Shown here in pieces: positions 23,193 through 35,706 of a DNA stretch of 64,000 nt. The DNA is from Haliotis rufescens. Its lineage: Eukaryota. The DNA lies in assembly GCF_023055435.1 (NCBI RefSeq), contig NW_025964057.1, positions 3,410,001 to 3,474,000 of the forward strand, in the 5' to 3' direction. The notes under the pieces were generated by a model. It worked only from the letters and a program-made list of their open reading frames with translations, was not told the DNA's origin and did no database searches. Position 1 is the stretch's first letter. Each line of letters starts with the position of its first letter. The translations under genes and the position numbers were made by a program.

Positions 23193-26100
23193 GTACATGC
23201 CTGTTTGTACATATTTACCTATTTCATTACATGTAGGATACTGTTTATTATGAACTGTTTCATAATTATTGTCAAAATTCCAGGCTTTTAATTCTGATTG
23301 CACATCTTTACCTCGGCTGTTTGTTATTTGATGACAATCATACGCCGCAGACTGTGAAATAATTACATCACGGTCAGTAATGAGCAGTTTTTTCTCATGA
23401 TAAGATGCATGCCTGCTTAATGATAAGTAATATTGCACTATTTTCCTGTAATTTAGTTGCTTTTATTCTTTACAGAGCTTGATTTGCAGGCATCACATCC
23501 ATCAATTCAATACACAAAAGCCCTGTCTCATCATTATTGTTACATGGCAGTTCTTAATGTACTAATAACTGCCTGGGATTGGCGGTGATGAGTGTTATAC
23601 CACCAGGGACTACACATCTGTTAATCAATTAATCTGTTAATTAAGTCATTGCCATTCCCATGTTCTATTCTGAACAAGAGTTATGGTATTTCAGGGAATT
23701 ATTCATCTGGTCCAGACACAACACTAGATTTCTAGACATACAGAAGTTTCAATGACACACTCAGCTTAGTGGGCATTTTTATATTGAAAACTACTCGCTT
23801 GTATTATTACGATTTGCCACAGGCTTTGATATGCACCAACGCCTTGTATATGAACTGAATATCTCAAAGGTATTTTCCGGCAAATCAAGTTGACAGTTCT
23901 TGACATCAGGATCCAGATAAACCAATCATATCATTACAATATCATGCTAGTGAATCAGGTCACAGGGTGGTGCACACAAAGTTCAAAAGAGGATCAATTT
24001 ATTAAATGAGAGAAGTATTAATGCTGGAAATAACTTAAGAGATAAATGTAGGACACTTTCCATTTTTGCACTTTTCAAGTTTATTACATTTACAGAGAAA
24101 ACATGTCAAAATATTGCAGCCAGGTTGAAAAGACAAAATGGGTTACCTCCCTTGCCTCATGATGCCAAAGTGTACAGTGATTTGAGTGTGATAATAACAT
24201 ACCTTGTAATTTGAAGGGTGGTGACCATAGTGATGCTGGAATGTGTTCAGGTGAAAGGTTTTTTGAAGCTGGAAACTTTGTTCTAGGGCGTTTCCACACC
24301 AAGATCTAAAGAAAGAGAAATGTATAGTGTGAGATAGGATAAGTATATAAGTATACAATTTAATGTAAAATTTTCAATTATATCTTTATTACATACACAA
24401 GCCATCATGAGATAATAACAACACAACAAATCTGTAATCATGGCTTCTAGTCTTTGAATGCTAGCATAAGATGAAACACCTCAGCTGTTCCCCATGTTGA
24501 CATGTGTGTCTGACATGTGTGTCTGACGTGTGTGTCTGACATGTGTGTCTGACGTGGGTGTCTGACATGTGGGTCTGACATGTGGGTCTGACATGGGTCA
24601 TGTGTGGGTCTGACATGTGGGTCTGAAACGTGGGTCTGACGTGTGGGTCTGACATGTGTGTCTGACACCTGGGTCTGACATGTGGGTCTGACGTGTGGGT
24701 CTGACACGTGGTTCTGACATGTATCTTGTTTCTTTCTCTTTCAGTATGGACAGGCTTTCCCAGATGATGACATAGTTTCCATGAAGACTGGTGAGATTGT
24801 GAATGACAAAGGTATGTATCTCCCCATTGTGCAAACATAACTATAACACTTGTTGACATAATTCTCCATTATATAACAGATGCATCTGTTTGTGGGCCTG
24901 CCCCAAATAACCCAGTGATCTCAAAAACGAGTTGATAATTTTTTTATTAAGATGCATGTAAACAGACTGATGTAATACTAATGTTCATCCAATCTCATTA
25001 AAATCAGATCTTTTACTCCACATGACATGTGGGCTTTTGAGCCAATCAGATGTCAGCTTTCTAAAATGAATCGGCTTAATTTCTTTACCACCATGATTCG
25101 GAAATTTTGATTTTAACGAAAGAAAATTAAAAGTGAAAACAAATATTCCTTTGATGTTACTTCCGAGATTCCTTGGAGCTCAGAAACAACAGCCTGTATA
25201 AAACGTCAACAAGAATATAATTGATCTGCAGTTATTAGTTACGTTCGGATTTACCAATTAACTTCGTTTTTCAAGACACAGAAATGAGATATGCTGGTCT
25301 TAATGTTTTGCTTATACATACCTCAATGCTGATTGGTTAATTAGAAAATTCACCTGATGTGTCAATGCAAAGTGATACTGTGTCGAAATACTATATCTCA
25401 TGTAAATTGGGTTTCATATTCAGCACAATCAGCTTTTTGTTAGAAATTTGTAGGCTGCTTAAGATGAACAAGTTCTGTAAAGTTCTAGCTTTGTAAACTA
25501 AATATGCTAATATTATGCATATTATATAAAATTACAAAAAATTGTCAATGTTGGTGTTTCAAAGTGAAAGGGCTTTTTATGTTCTTCATATTTATGAATG
25601 ATTAGCTTGACTAGGTCAGGGGAACTCGTTATTTAACCTGATATTTGTTTTTTGTGTTGCAGGAACTATCCGGAAACTTAAGCCTGTGTCTTTTGGAGGA
25701 GCTAAGCTGGCAGTGACCAAGCGTCGAGGTACTGGCCAGAGTTTCCTGAAGGGATTTGTGGGGGGCTTCACTGACTTTGTGCTTGCTGTGGCTCATTGTA
25801 GTGAAACAATTCAACCATCTTCTCTCAGGCGGCATTCAGTGACCTCCCTCACATGTTGGGTCTTCTTTATTAACCTCTCCAATAAGCCAGTGCACATTTT
25901 TTCAGATAGAAGTTGTCTTGTGCTATTTGAAGTTCTTAATAATTCCCTCAGTTTAGGCTTAAAAAAATAGTCTTGGTTCTCACACACTGCCTGCATCATA
26001 AAGTCTGCCGTACGTGTCGTTTTTAATTCCATTTTAAAAATAAATAAATATATATATACTTAATAAATACTTAATGACAATGCGATCCAATATAGTACGC

Positions 26101-29100
26101 AGTTACTTCCCTTTACATGCCCACTGCTTTACTGGTGTCCCGTGTTATGGTCATGGCTGCAACAGGAGTTTGTATGCTTGTTTATGTAGGGAGGCTCTTA
26201 ACATATTAGTTTAAACAAGCAAACAAACAGAAAAAATACTGCCCGACTGCCCGCACTCTATGGTCAAAAGTTGTTGCCTGAGAACAAATACTTTTATTTT
26301 CTCAAGCCTTAAGGACATGTATGTTTCACTTTCAGCTGACAAGTTCACCAAGGCTCTGTCCCACAGCACCATCGACTTGTCACAGAGCCAGCCGGTCGAC
26401 GCCCAGTCTGTGAGTCCACTGTGTAACCTTGGGGTTTCACCCAGGTGCCACTACTGCATGTGGAGGGTATTACGTGGCAATTCCCAAATTCAAACAATAT
26501 GTTAACCCAGAAAACTGTACGTAAAAGAATTTATTGGGAAACCAACAAGCAACTAACAAATGGTATACAATCAACAATTGTGTTACAAAATCCGCTAGAT
26601 TTACAAATCAGTACAAATTACTGCACACCAATTACAATGGCAGTTAGCTTCTAACGAATCCCAACAGAATTAATGTACTACAGTTACAATCACCGTGTAA
26701 CAATAAAATACACTGGAAAAATACCAACAGGCCACAAAGTTGCGACTAAATTGGTCGCCATGGCGATCTAGTTTTGTATTTTGCGACTGGTATTTTCATG
26801 TCAGTCGCCAACTGGCTCCTTGTCTTTAATTAAGTTTGGCGACTAAATATCTCTTGTCATAAGATATTAAAAAAGATCGTTTTTAATATAAGTGCGTAAC
26901 TTCGGTGAAAAAATTCGATATCAGAACATAATAACATCGACAAGATCACTGTTGGCCATGTGTTCTGTTTTCGCTTTCGATATGAAGCTCCATACCTGGA
27001 ATGAAGGAAGCACTTTCCGTTATTAAGTAATGCACTAACGATGTTAAGAGTTTAGTACCCACGCATGCGCTGTACGACATCCGCCCAGGTGACAGCTAAG
27101 GCGGTCGTTTCGCCGTTCAAAAACACGAAGTATTTTTCTATATTTGCGCAACGGCAAATGATGAATACCGTATTTTCTTTAGTATAGTGCGCACCCCTCT
27201 CTAGCAGATTCAGTATTTATTTTTTTTGGGGGGGGGGGGGGGGGGGGAAACAGGGGTGGAAATTTGCCATTTCCCGACTCTCGGGGAAAGTAGAAATACG
27301 AGGTTGGGCAACAAAATCACTTACTTTAACTTGTCCGGAGGCAAGTAATATTGGAAATTACTATCACTGTCTACATTTCTAACTACTTGTAAGGCAGGCA
27401 GCCAATCAAATTTCAGCGGTGATACCAAGCTCGTGTTTGATAAATTTCAGAAGTTGGCGAAAGATTTTTGTTAAATCATGTTATTCTGAACTAAAAGGCA
27501 GGAAATCACGATATATATATATTAAAAATATGGAACTTCGTGAATCTATCGTGCTAGGTTACGAGCTGTGACAGATTTTTCATGCATATATTTTTGCATT
27601 AAACATCGTGTCCGAGCCGAGAATTTAAGGCGACGAAAGCTGAGATGTCATTTGACTTACATTACATGCGATCGCACGAAAAGATGGAAATAATAACTTA
27701 GATGTAAGTTTGATTACTTTTAGATATATTTTTGTTGAATTTATTTATTACTTTGTATAATATATCAAAGATTTGCTTAAAACGTCTTTATTTTGCTCTT
27801 TGACATGTTCGATGTGGACCCGTTGTTGAAATGTGTGTCCGAGAATTATATTTTCAATAACATCGCGGGAAATAGTGAATAATTTTTTTATTTATTGATA
27901 AAAAAATGATAAATTGATATGGAATACGTATTTCAGACATTGTGAAATGTGATAGATTTAATAAATGAATGATATTATAGGTAGGTCCATACAAATATAA
28001 ACTATTTTGACGTGACTACGGCTTGGCCGGAAAACCGGCCTACGGTGTTGAAAGGGATAAACACATAGATAAAAAATCACCAGACATGTTGATTTACCGT
28101 TTAAATTGTATTTTTTTGTTCTGCTAGGCATTGTTTTATATCCAGGGATTAAGATTACCATGTGTATCTTCTCGTAAACTAAGCCGGACACAGCAATCAG
28201 CTGTACACACAATTTCTTGGAATTTACCGGTGATTCAGTCAAGTCACACCCAATGATATAACTTTACAGGGTTTTAATGCAAGGATCGGCAAAAAATGTA
28301 TCTGAAACTTCTTCTTTTTATCAGGAATAATATATTCCAATATCTTGTTAATTTAGATGCAGCTTTTACCAAACATATTTGAAATAATAATAACCCTAAG
28401 CGTAAGCGAAGCAGCTGATTGCTATATATTACCGGGTATTACATGGTTTTACATGGAACACACAGTCTGACCAGTCACCGTCAAGGCTCCCGTGCACGTG
28501 ATCGCGTGAATTACGTGTTGACATAGAATCGTCCAACAAAATCAAATATGACCTTTAACGAGTCAAAGTATGGCATTTATGACAAATGTATCCATTCTCT
28601 GTCAACGAAAGTTCGTTTCAAGGCATCAATAGCGGTAATCTGACCGTGGTTTCTCTTAATAACCGTTTGTTAGATCTTCCGATCGCTTCACACACGATTT
28701 CGCCGAAATAAATTAAAACAATATTAAAAGTAATTTTGAATAAAATTAATGAAATAAGTTACTAACATAAGTCCAGATATACAAAGAACACTTTTTATAG
28801 TCAGACAGTGTAATTACATGATTTGTTTGCGTACTTCAGTATGGATTTGTTGACATGGTATTTCCGGTGTTACGTTCTCATGGTAATGTCTTTCCATGGG
28901 GGAAAAACATCAAAACTCATTATTTCGTGTATAATGCGCACCCCCTTCTACACAGCTGTGTTTTTTTGGAAATAAATGCGCAGTATACTCAAGATAATAC
29001 GGAATGCTTTGAATGGCGAAGCTGACACGGAAGTTTCGTCGTCTATCGACACGTTCGATGAACCAAAACCTGCAACTGGCACCGGTAAACTGTCAGATGA

Positions 29101-32100
29101 TGTTACTGACACAATGTTCTAAAGCTTGTTTGTCTGAAAAACTCAAAAGCTTCAACAACACGTCAACAGTTGTTGTTCATGATTTAAAACTGATTATTCA
29201 AACTAATGGATTTTTTTTTTTTGTTATGCAGTTAAATTACAAGTCATTACTTTTGGCTCCTTACATTTTGTCTTGGCTCTTTGAAATTCTATTTGGCTCC
29301 TTGAAAAAATAATTTAGGAGCCAAGTGGCTCCTTTGAATTTTTTGTAACTTTGTGGCCTGACCAAGGGACACACAGGGGCTACAGTAGTTTAATCTATGA
29401 AATATTTCGCTTTCGAACCATGACTGTATCTTGTTTTTCAACCTCGATTTTGAAAACTGATTTTTTTAAATAATCTTTTCTTTCTTAAATTGATGTGTGG
29501 AGAGGCCATTGTCAAAGAGGCATTGTTGTTGCAATTTACTTTGAAAGATACCATTTAATTGAAATTTGTTACAAATGATAAACCACTAATTCCTGATATG
29601 ATGCAGTCTATGACTGACAATTTAAATCATTCTTCATCACATATCCCGTAGTGTGAGAATCTTGTATTCTCTTCTTTGAAATGTCCAGCACTGGCAGAAC
29701 AGTGAGTGTCGTTTTCTTATCCTGAAGCTTTTTGGAGTGAAGTCCTATTGTGGCTAGTAATGCATTGTTTACCATGTACTAACGTTGAAAATGATTGTTT
29801 CAGATTTACAGCAGCTACGTGTCACCCCGGGTCAATGTGACCCATTTTGCAGGTAAGTCTCCATTTTCACAGATGTCGCGTAGCTTACTTCCTGTAGTCA
29901 TGGTGTAGGCAGGCTGTGTCTTTAAACATTTATCTGAAGCAAAGTTAAATATGATTCTTTTCGGAAAGTAGACTTTAGCCGTTATGTTGTTTAGTTTGTA
30001 CATACATGTAGTAACATTGTCAAGGAAGTACATGTGTTGGTTGGTAATGTCGACACAAAATGTTCATGTCCAGGAGTGCTGGTGTTTGTTAGCTTGTCTG
30101 TTGATGTAACATTGCTGATGGGGATGATATCCATCTAACAAGGAAGGTGTGGCAGATACACAAACACAGCATTTACATGATCAAGTGTCAGTAACCAGAT
30201 CCATCTTACAAGGAAGATGTGGCAGATACACAAACACAGCATTTACATGATCAACAGTCAGTAACCAGATCTTCAATCATACAGCATTCACCCATCTTCC
30301 CGAGGCAAGAGAGTTAACTGACTATAAAAGTCTAGTTTCCACCCTTGCCGAACTTTTAAAGTCAGTTAACTCTCTTGTCCCGGGAAGATGGCATTCACCC
30401 TGCTGGGTTTCCAGAGAGCAGGTGCCCAGTTTCCAAAACCTGACAGAAACTAGGTTACTATAACCCAGATGGCTTTGTGTCACCACACCCTGATGGTGTT
30501 CTATTGGCACTGATTTACCTTGCCCAGATAGATACTTTTGAATGTTTACACGCCAACGTGACCTTGCTGGAATATTGCTTACTGGGGAACTATAAACTAA
30601 CACTCACTCACTCATTTCACCTTAACATTTGGAACAAGGGGGTATCTTATTGGTTCAAGCCTTTACCCTCTGGAATAGTGCTGAAAACTTTTGTAAAACA
30701 ACTCACTCACTCATTATCTTGACCTTTCAGATGATGCAAGCAAACTGCTCTCTTTCATTTGTGAGGATGAGAATGAGCCGAGTGATGCGGAAACCATCAG
30801 TTCTGGAGACACTTCCAGCGTAGACAATGAGGCGGAAGACCGCTCCACTGACCCAGAGTCATACTCAGATGAGGTAGATGGTGACCTTGACCTCTGTACG
30901 CCCAAACCTAGATACCCTTGCAAACCAAAGCAGGATGTGTTACGTTTCAATGATAATGTTTGGTATTCTCTTGGAAGTGCCAGCAATCAGTCTCCAAGTT
31001 CTGGATCAGATTTGTCAGTTAGGAAAAACTTTGGATCTAGAAATTCTCGTTCACAAGAAGTATCAAGTAAAACTGAGGACAGTTTTAGCACAGAAGGAGA
31101 TCAGAAAGGTGCATGCGGAAACTTGTCGAAGAGTATTCTTGCACGATTCCACATGATGAAGGGTCAACCGGAGGACAGTGGGTTCGAGAGCGGTCCAGGG
31201 ATAAGAATGGGTACTGACGAAACAAGAGACAAGGCGCCTCTACGACTGTTTTGTCTGAATGAAGATAAGATAAACCGAGTGATGAGCTGGGTCAAAGATC
31301 AAGCAAATGAGAGTCGTCATCTTGGAGCTCGGACCCAGCCAGTGCGTTTGAAAGATGGGTTTGAATCCAACCTGCCAACCCAAGCAGATGACGTTCATCT
31401 TAAGTCACCGACAAAAATTAGAAAGAAAAGTGAGAAAGATCACAACTTTAACAATCAGTCATCTCTGCAGAATCCACCTCCATATCCTCTGACTAGACTA
31501 ATAGGTGATATGAACCAGACGTATACGGTTCCTCTGCCTAATGGGAACAACCCATACAGGATGCCATTCATGGATGTCAACCGGGGCACTTGTAAACAGC
31601 CTGACCCACCTCCTTGCAACCAACACAAGACCTGGTCGGCTGATGCTGGTCCGGTAGCTTCATCAAAGTCCACTAATGTTGGCAGAATATATGACTCATC
31701 TGAGCTGTTGGAAACCTCTCAAGAGCTCAAGACAGATGCCATGTGCCAAAGAAGGATTGTCCGAGCAAGAAAACGAACGTTCATTCCAATACAACCTTCT
31801 TACACCTCTGAGCAGCTTTTGGACTATTTGACCTCACCAATGCCACAAACAATTGTTGAGATATTGTCTCCAGCACGACCAAGTAGTTTGGAAGTTGAGG
31901 AGGAGACACTGCCATGTCTGAAGTCTCCGCCTCCATCTCTGCTTCCCCCGAGGACTGATGACAGTTTGTATGGATGGGAGCATTCACAGATTCAGCACAG
32001 TCCCTCTCATCACCGTCACACACTCATGAATCGGTTTAGCAAACAAGAAAATAACATTGGAAGAGCTGTTGATATCAACGGACACTACCCTATGAACAAT

Positions 32101-34395
32101 TTGAACAAAAATGATGCCACAGAAAGCAGTGGATCTTATGATGATGATGATGATGTTGTGATCACCAAGGTTAAGATAGAACCTGGACATGAAGCTGTCA
32201 CCTCCCATACACAGCCTTGGGAACATGCAGAACCAAGAGAACATCCTCAGCCTTGGGAACATGCAGAGCCAAGAGAAAATCCACAGCCTTGGGAACATGC
32301 AGAGCCAAGAGAACACCCACATCCTTGGGAACATGCACAGCCAAGAGGACATGCACTGGCAAGAGAACATGCACAGCCAAGAGGACATGCACAGCAAAAA
32401 GAACATGTCCCCTGTGAGATGAGGAACAAGTATTGGCTGGAGGACAGAGTGTCAGTGAAGGATGATGCAGTGACACTGTGTGAAGGATTTGGATACTCTA
32501 TCCCTGAATATGGCCACATTATGACTCCTGTACCTCAAGCCATCATTTCTCACAATGTTGGCAGGAACATAGGAACGCCAGTAACCATTGAACACAGCAA
32601 CAACAGAATCATGAGAACTCCTAATGGAACACTAAACTCTCTTGTAACCTATGGTGATGACCAAAACCTGGGAACACCCAAGTCCTTCATCTCTCAAGAT
32701 ACCAACAGAAGCCCTGGAAGAACACCTGATGCACTGCCAATAACCATCACCCATGGTGACAACAGAAATCCTGGAAGAACACCTGATGCACTGCCAATAA
32801 CCGTCACCCATATTGACAACAGAAATCCTGAAGGAACACCTGATGCACTGCCAATAACCGTCACCCATTGTGATAACAGAACCCTGAATGGAACACCCCA
32901 AACCTGCTTCTCTGCAGGATCTAGAAACAAGAAGCAGATCTTTGATCACTTGAAGCAAACAGGATCACAGTCTGATTCGAAGGTGATCACTGAGAAAGGG
33001 CTGAGTCGAGGGCGTGTGAAGGCAAGGAGGCAGCTTACAATGGAGCAGACAGGAAGGGGAGACCCCCAGCATCAGCTCCGCTCAGATGGGGGACAGGTGC
33101 TTGACAAGGAACAGCCTACTGCTAGACCCAGAAAATCACAAATGCAGCCCCGGGTGGTTGGGACAAATAGTGGGAGAAACAACACCAATAAGTTTTCTGT
33201 GGATGGAAAGAGTTATGAAACTCTTGCTAAGGTGTCATCTAAACACAGGCAGTCAGATGATGCTGGGGCCGATTTAACCTCAGCTGGTGAAGGGAGAGTA
33301 GGGAAGAATTACCAGGTAGGATGCTCTGCAGCCAGAGGTAGAAATGTAGCCTTACAGCTTAATGGAAGCGAACAGGAGACTGTGGGTAGGCATCGACATA
33401 GGTCTGATCGGATGGATGAAACACCAGCTTCACCTGGAAGGAAGGATGGGGCTGGCATGTGTAAAAATCCCAAAATAAGCTCCAGAAAATGTCAGCCAGA
33501 TAACCACGTGTTGTCTCCATTGCGAAATGGCAGGTGTTCAGCAGCTTCCAGTGTGGGTCTCTCCCCTTCATCACATCTGTCTCAGCTGCAGCTTAATAGC
33601 CCAACTCGGGCCAAGACTGAAAGGCCGAAGTCCGACAAGACATATAGCAAAGAACTGTTCAAAACTCCCAAGGGATCTCCCAGACCAAAATGTGCAAAAC
33701 ACCCTTCCCAGATCACCAATGACCTATCCTCAAAAACACCATATCAGTGCAAAGACTTCTCTCAGAACATTTTCAGTTTGAAAAATAAAACCTCCACTGA
33801 CAAATCTAACCACATGAGTCATAAGTCTTCTTCCTACAATGATGTATGCATATCTTCCAGAAATCATGTTTCATCTCGGTCTCCTTCTAAATCAGACTCA
33901 GACAATTTCAGACGATCCATGCCACAACTACCAACTTCCCCTCGTTTGCATCCCTCAGACAAACAGAAAACCTCATCAAACGAGTACCTGGTATCCAAGG
34001 AAAATTTCAACAAATCTCCTCATTCGAAAAATATATCTTCTAAAGCGTCGAAAAAGCCAGTTTTTCTTGTTCCAGACAGTTCCCACATCAGGTCACTGAA
34101 ATCTGTCAAATCATCCAAATCGATAACCTCTGAACTTAATTCACGCGCAGTTAACACAGGACTTAAGAAGATATCCCGGGACCAGTTCCGATCTGTGTAC
34201 AGGACAGCAGACAAGAACCCTCTGTGGACAAGCACCCCATCAAAAGCCAGGAGCATGCCTGTCCTCAACCAGACCATGTCCACGATTCTGCTTGGTGAGG
34301 ATGATGATGGTGCCTCGGATGAGGACAACGATGATGATGAGGTTGAGACAGTCAGTCCCTACTCCTTCAGGTCCGAAAGTGTCATTGGAATGTAG
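23091..34395 (+). CDS. Scm3/HJURP-like CENP-A chaperone candidate, 1340 aa; join(23091..23192,24745..24811,25663..25728,26336..26409,29804..29852,30731..34395)
   Basis: Six exons with GT-AG sites and phases 0/1/1/0/1 give 4023 nt in frame with the 1152-aa ORF. The spliced N-terminus ASLKRFETNFDMICSK|YGQAFPDDDIVSMKTGEIVNDK|GTIRKL matches the Scm3/HJURP CENP-A-binding pattern (helix..KY..F..D.I/V...TGEIV.D.G). The remainder is S/T/P/K-rich and low in complexity. Confidence 0.85.
24497..24722. repeat. 13-bp minisatellite (CTGACATGTGGGT) abutting the exon 2 acceptor
   Basis: About 17 units ending 22 nt before the AG at 24743-24744. Confidence 0.92.
24745..24811 (+). CDS. Scm3/HJURP-like exon 2 (YGQAFPDDDIVSMKTGEIVNDK-G)
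   Basis: Long pyrimidine tract ending TTTCAG|, donor AAG|GTATGT, 67 nt. Confidence 0.88.
25663..25728 (+). CDS. Scm3/HJURP-like exon 3 (GTIRKLKPVSFGGAKLAVTKRR)
   Basis: Acceptor TTGCAG|, donor GAG|GTACTG, 66 nt, phase 1->1. Confidence 0.8.
26336..26409 (+). CDS. Scm3/HJURP-like exon 4 (ADKFTKALSHSTIDLSQSQPVDAQS)
   Basis: Acceptor TTTCAG|, donor TCT|GTGAGT, 74 nt, phase 1->0. Confidence 0.78.
26728..29360. mobile_element. 2.6-kb nonautonomous hAT-like DNA transposon with 5-bp TSD and nested elements
   Basis: Perfect 14-bp TIR CAGGCCACAAAGTT/AACTTTGTGGCCTG; ACCAA duplicated at 26723-26727 and 29361-29365; subterminal GCGACTAAA and TGGCTCCT repeats. Confidence 0.8.
29804..29852 (+). CDS. Scm3/HJURP-like exon 5 (IYSSYVSPRVNVTHFA)
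   Basis: TACTAAC branch point at 29777, acceptor TTTCAG|, perfect donor CAG|GTAAGT, 49 nt, phase 0->1. Confidence 0.8.
30293..30390. mobile_element. 98-bp hairpin MITE with 9-bp TSD
   Basis: About 38-bp TIRs CATCTTCCCGAGGCAAGAGAGTTAACTGAC.. / ..GTCAGTTAACTCTCTTGTCCCGGGAAGATG; GCATTCACC duplicated at 30284-30292 and 30391-30399. Confidence 0.75.
30731..34395 (+). CDS. Scm3/HJURP-like giant terminal exon (contains the 1152-aa ORF)
   Basis: Acceptor CTTTCAG| at 30730, phase 1, open to TAG at 34393-34395. Non-repetitive codon-like sequence over 3.66 kb. Confidence 0.88.
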
Positions 34396-34432
34396 ACTTC
34401 ACATAATGGACAGTTGGCACTACACGCTCTTT

Positions 34433-35706
34433 CTGGAGTGTAGACTACCCATGGTGGACACCCTCTGTCTGGAGTGTAGACTTCCCATGGCGGACACCCT
34501 CTGTCTGGAGTGAAGACTTCCTATGGTGGACACCCTCTGTCTGGAGTGTAGACTTCCCATGGTGAACAGCCTCTGTCTGGAGTGTAGACTTCCAATGGTG
34601 AACAGCCTCTGTCTGGAGTGTAGACTTCTTGTTGTGGACACCCTCTGTCTGGAGTGTAGACTTCCTATGGTGGACACCCTCTGTCTGGAGTGTAGACTTC
34701 CCATAGTGGACACCCTCTGTCTGGAGTGTAGACTTCCAATGGTGGACATCCTCTGTCTGGAGTGTAGACTTCCCATGGTGGACACCCTCTGTCTGGAGTG
34801 TAGACTTCCCATGGTGAACAGCCTCTGTCTGGAGTGTAGACTTCGCGTGGTGGACACCCTCTGTCTGGAGTGTAGACCTCCCATGATGGACACCCTCTGT
34901 CTGGAGCGTAGACTTCCAATGGTGGACACCCTCTGTCTGGAGTGTAGACTTCCCATGGTGGACACCCTCTGTCTGGAGTGTAGACTTCCCATGGCGGACA
35001 CCCCCTGTCTGGAGTGAAGACTTCCTATGGTGGACACCCTCTGTCTGGAGAGTAGACTTCCAATGGTGAACAGCCTCTGTCTGGAGTGTAGACTTCCTAT
35101 GGTGGACACCCTCTGTCTGGAGTGTAGACTTCCAATGGTGAACAGCCTCTGTCTAGAGTGTAGACTTCCCAAGGTGGACACCCTCCGTCTGGAGTGTAGA
35201 CTTCCCATGGTGGACACCCTCTGTCTGGAGTATAGACTTCCTATGGTGGACACCCTCTGTCTGGAGTGTAGGCTTCCCATGGTGGACACCCTCTGTCTGG
35301 AGTGTAGACTTCCCATGGCGGACACCCTCTGTCTGGAGTGTAGACTTCCCATGGCGGACACCCTCTGTCTGGAGTGTAGACCTGCCATGGAGGACACCCT
35401 CTGTCTGGAGTGTAGACTTCCCATGGTGGACACCCTCTGTCTGGAGCGTAGACTTCCCATGGTGAACAGCCTCTGTCTGGAGTGTAGACTTCCTATGGTG
35501 AACAGCCTCTGTCTGGAGAGTAGACTTCGCGTGGTGGACACCCTCCGTCTGGAGTGTAGACTTCCAATGGTGGACACCCTCTGTCTGGAGTGTAGACTTC
35601 CCATGGCGGACACCCTCTGTCTGGAGTGTAGACTTCGCATGGTGGACACCCTCTGTCTGGAGTGTAGACTTCCCATGGTGGACACCCTCTGTCTGGAGTG
35701 TAGACA
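34433..35706. repeat. 36-bp minisatellite (GGAGTGTAGACTTCCCATGGTGGACACCCTCTGTCT) in the 3' UTR
   Basis: About 35 units starting just after the stop codon at 34395. Confidence 0.97.

Noticed and set aside
30937-34395. The 1152-aa ORF as a standalone single-exon gene starting at 30937
   Set aside because: The start there is a GTG. The frame is open back to a splice acceptor at 30730 and joins five upstream exons in phase.
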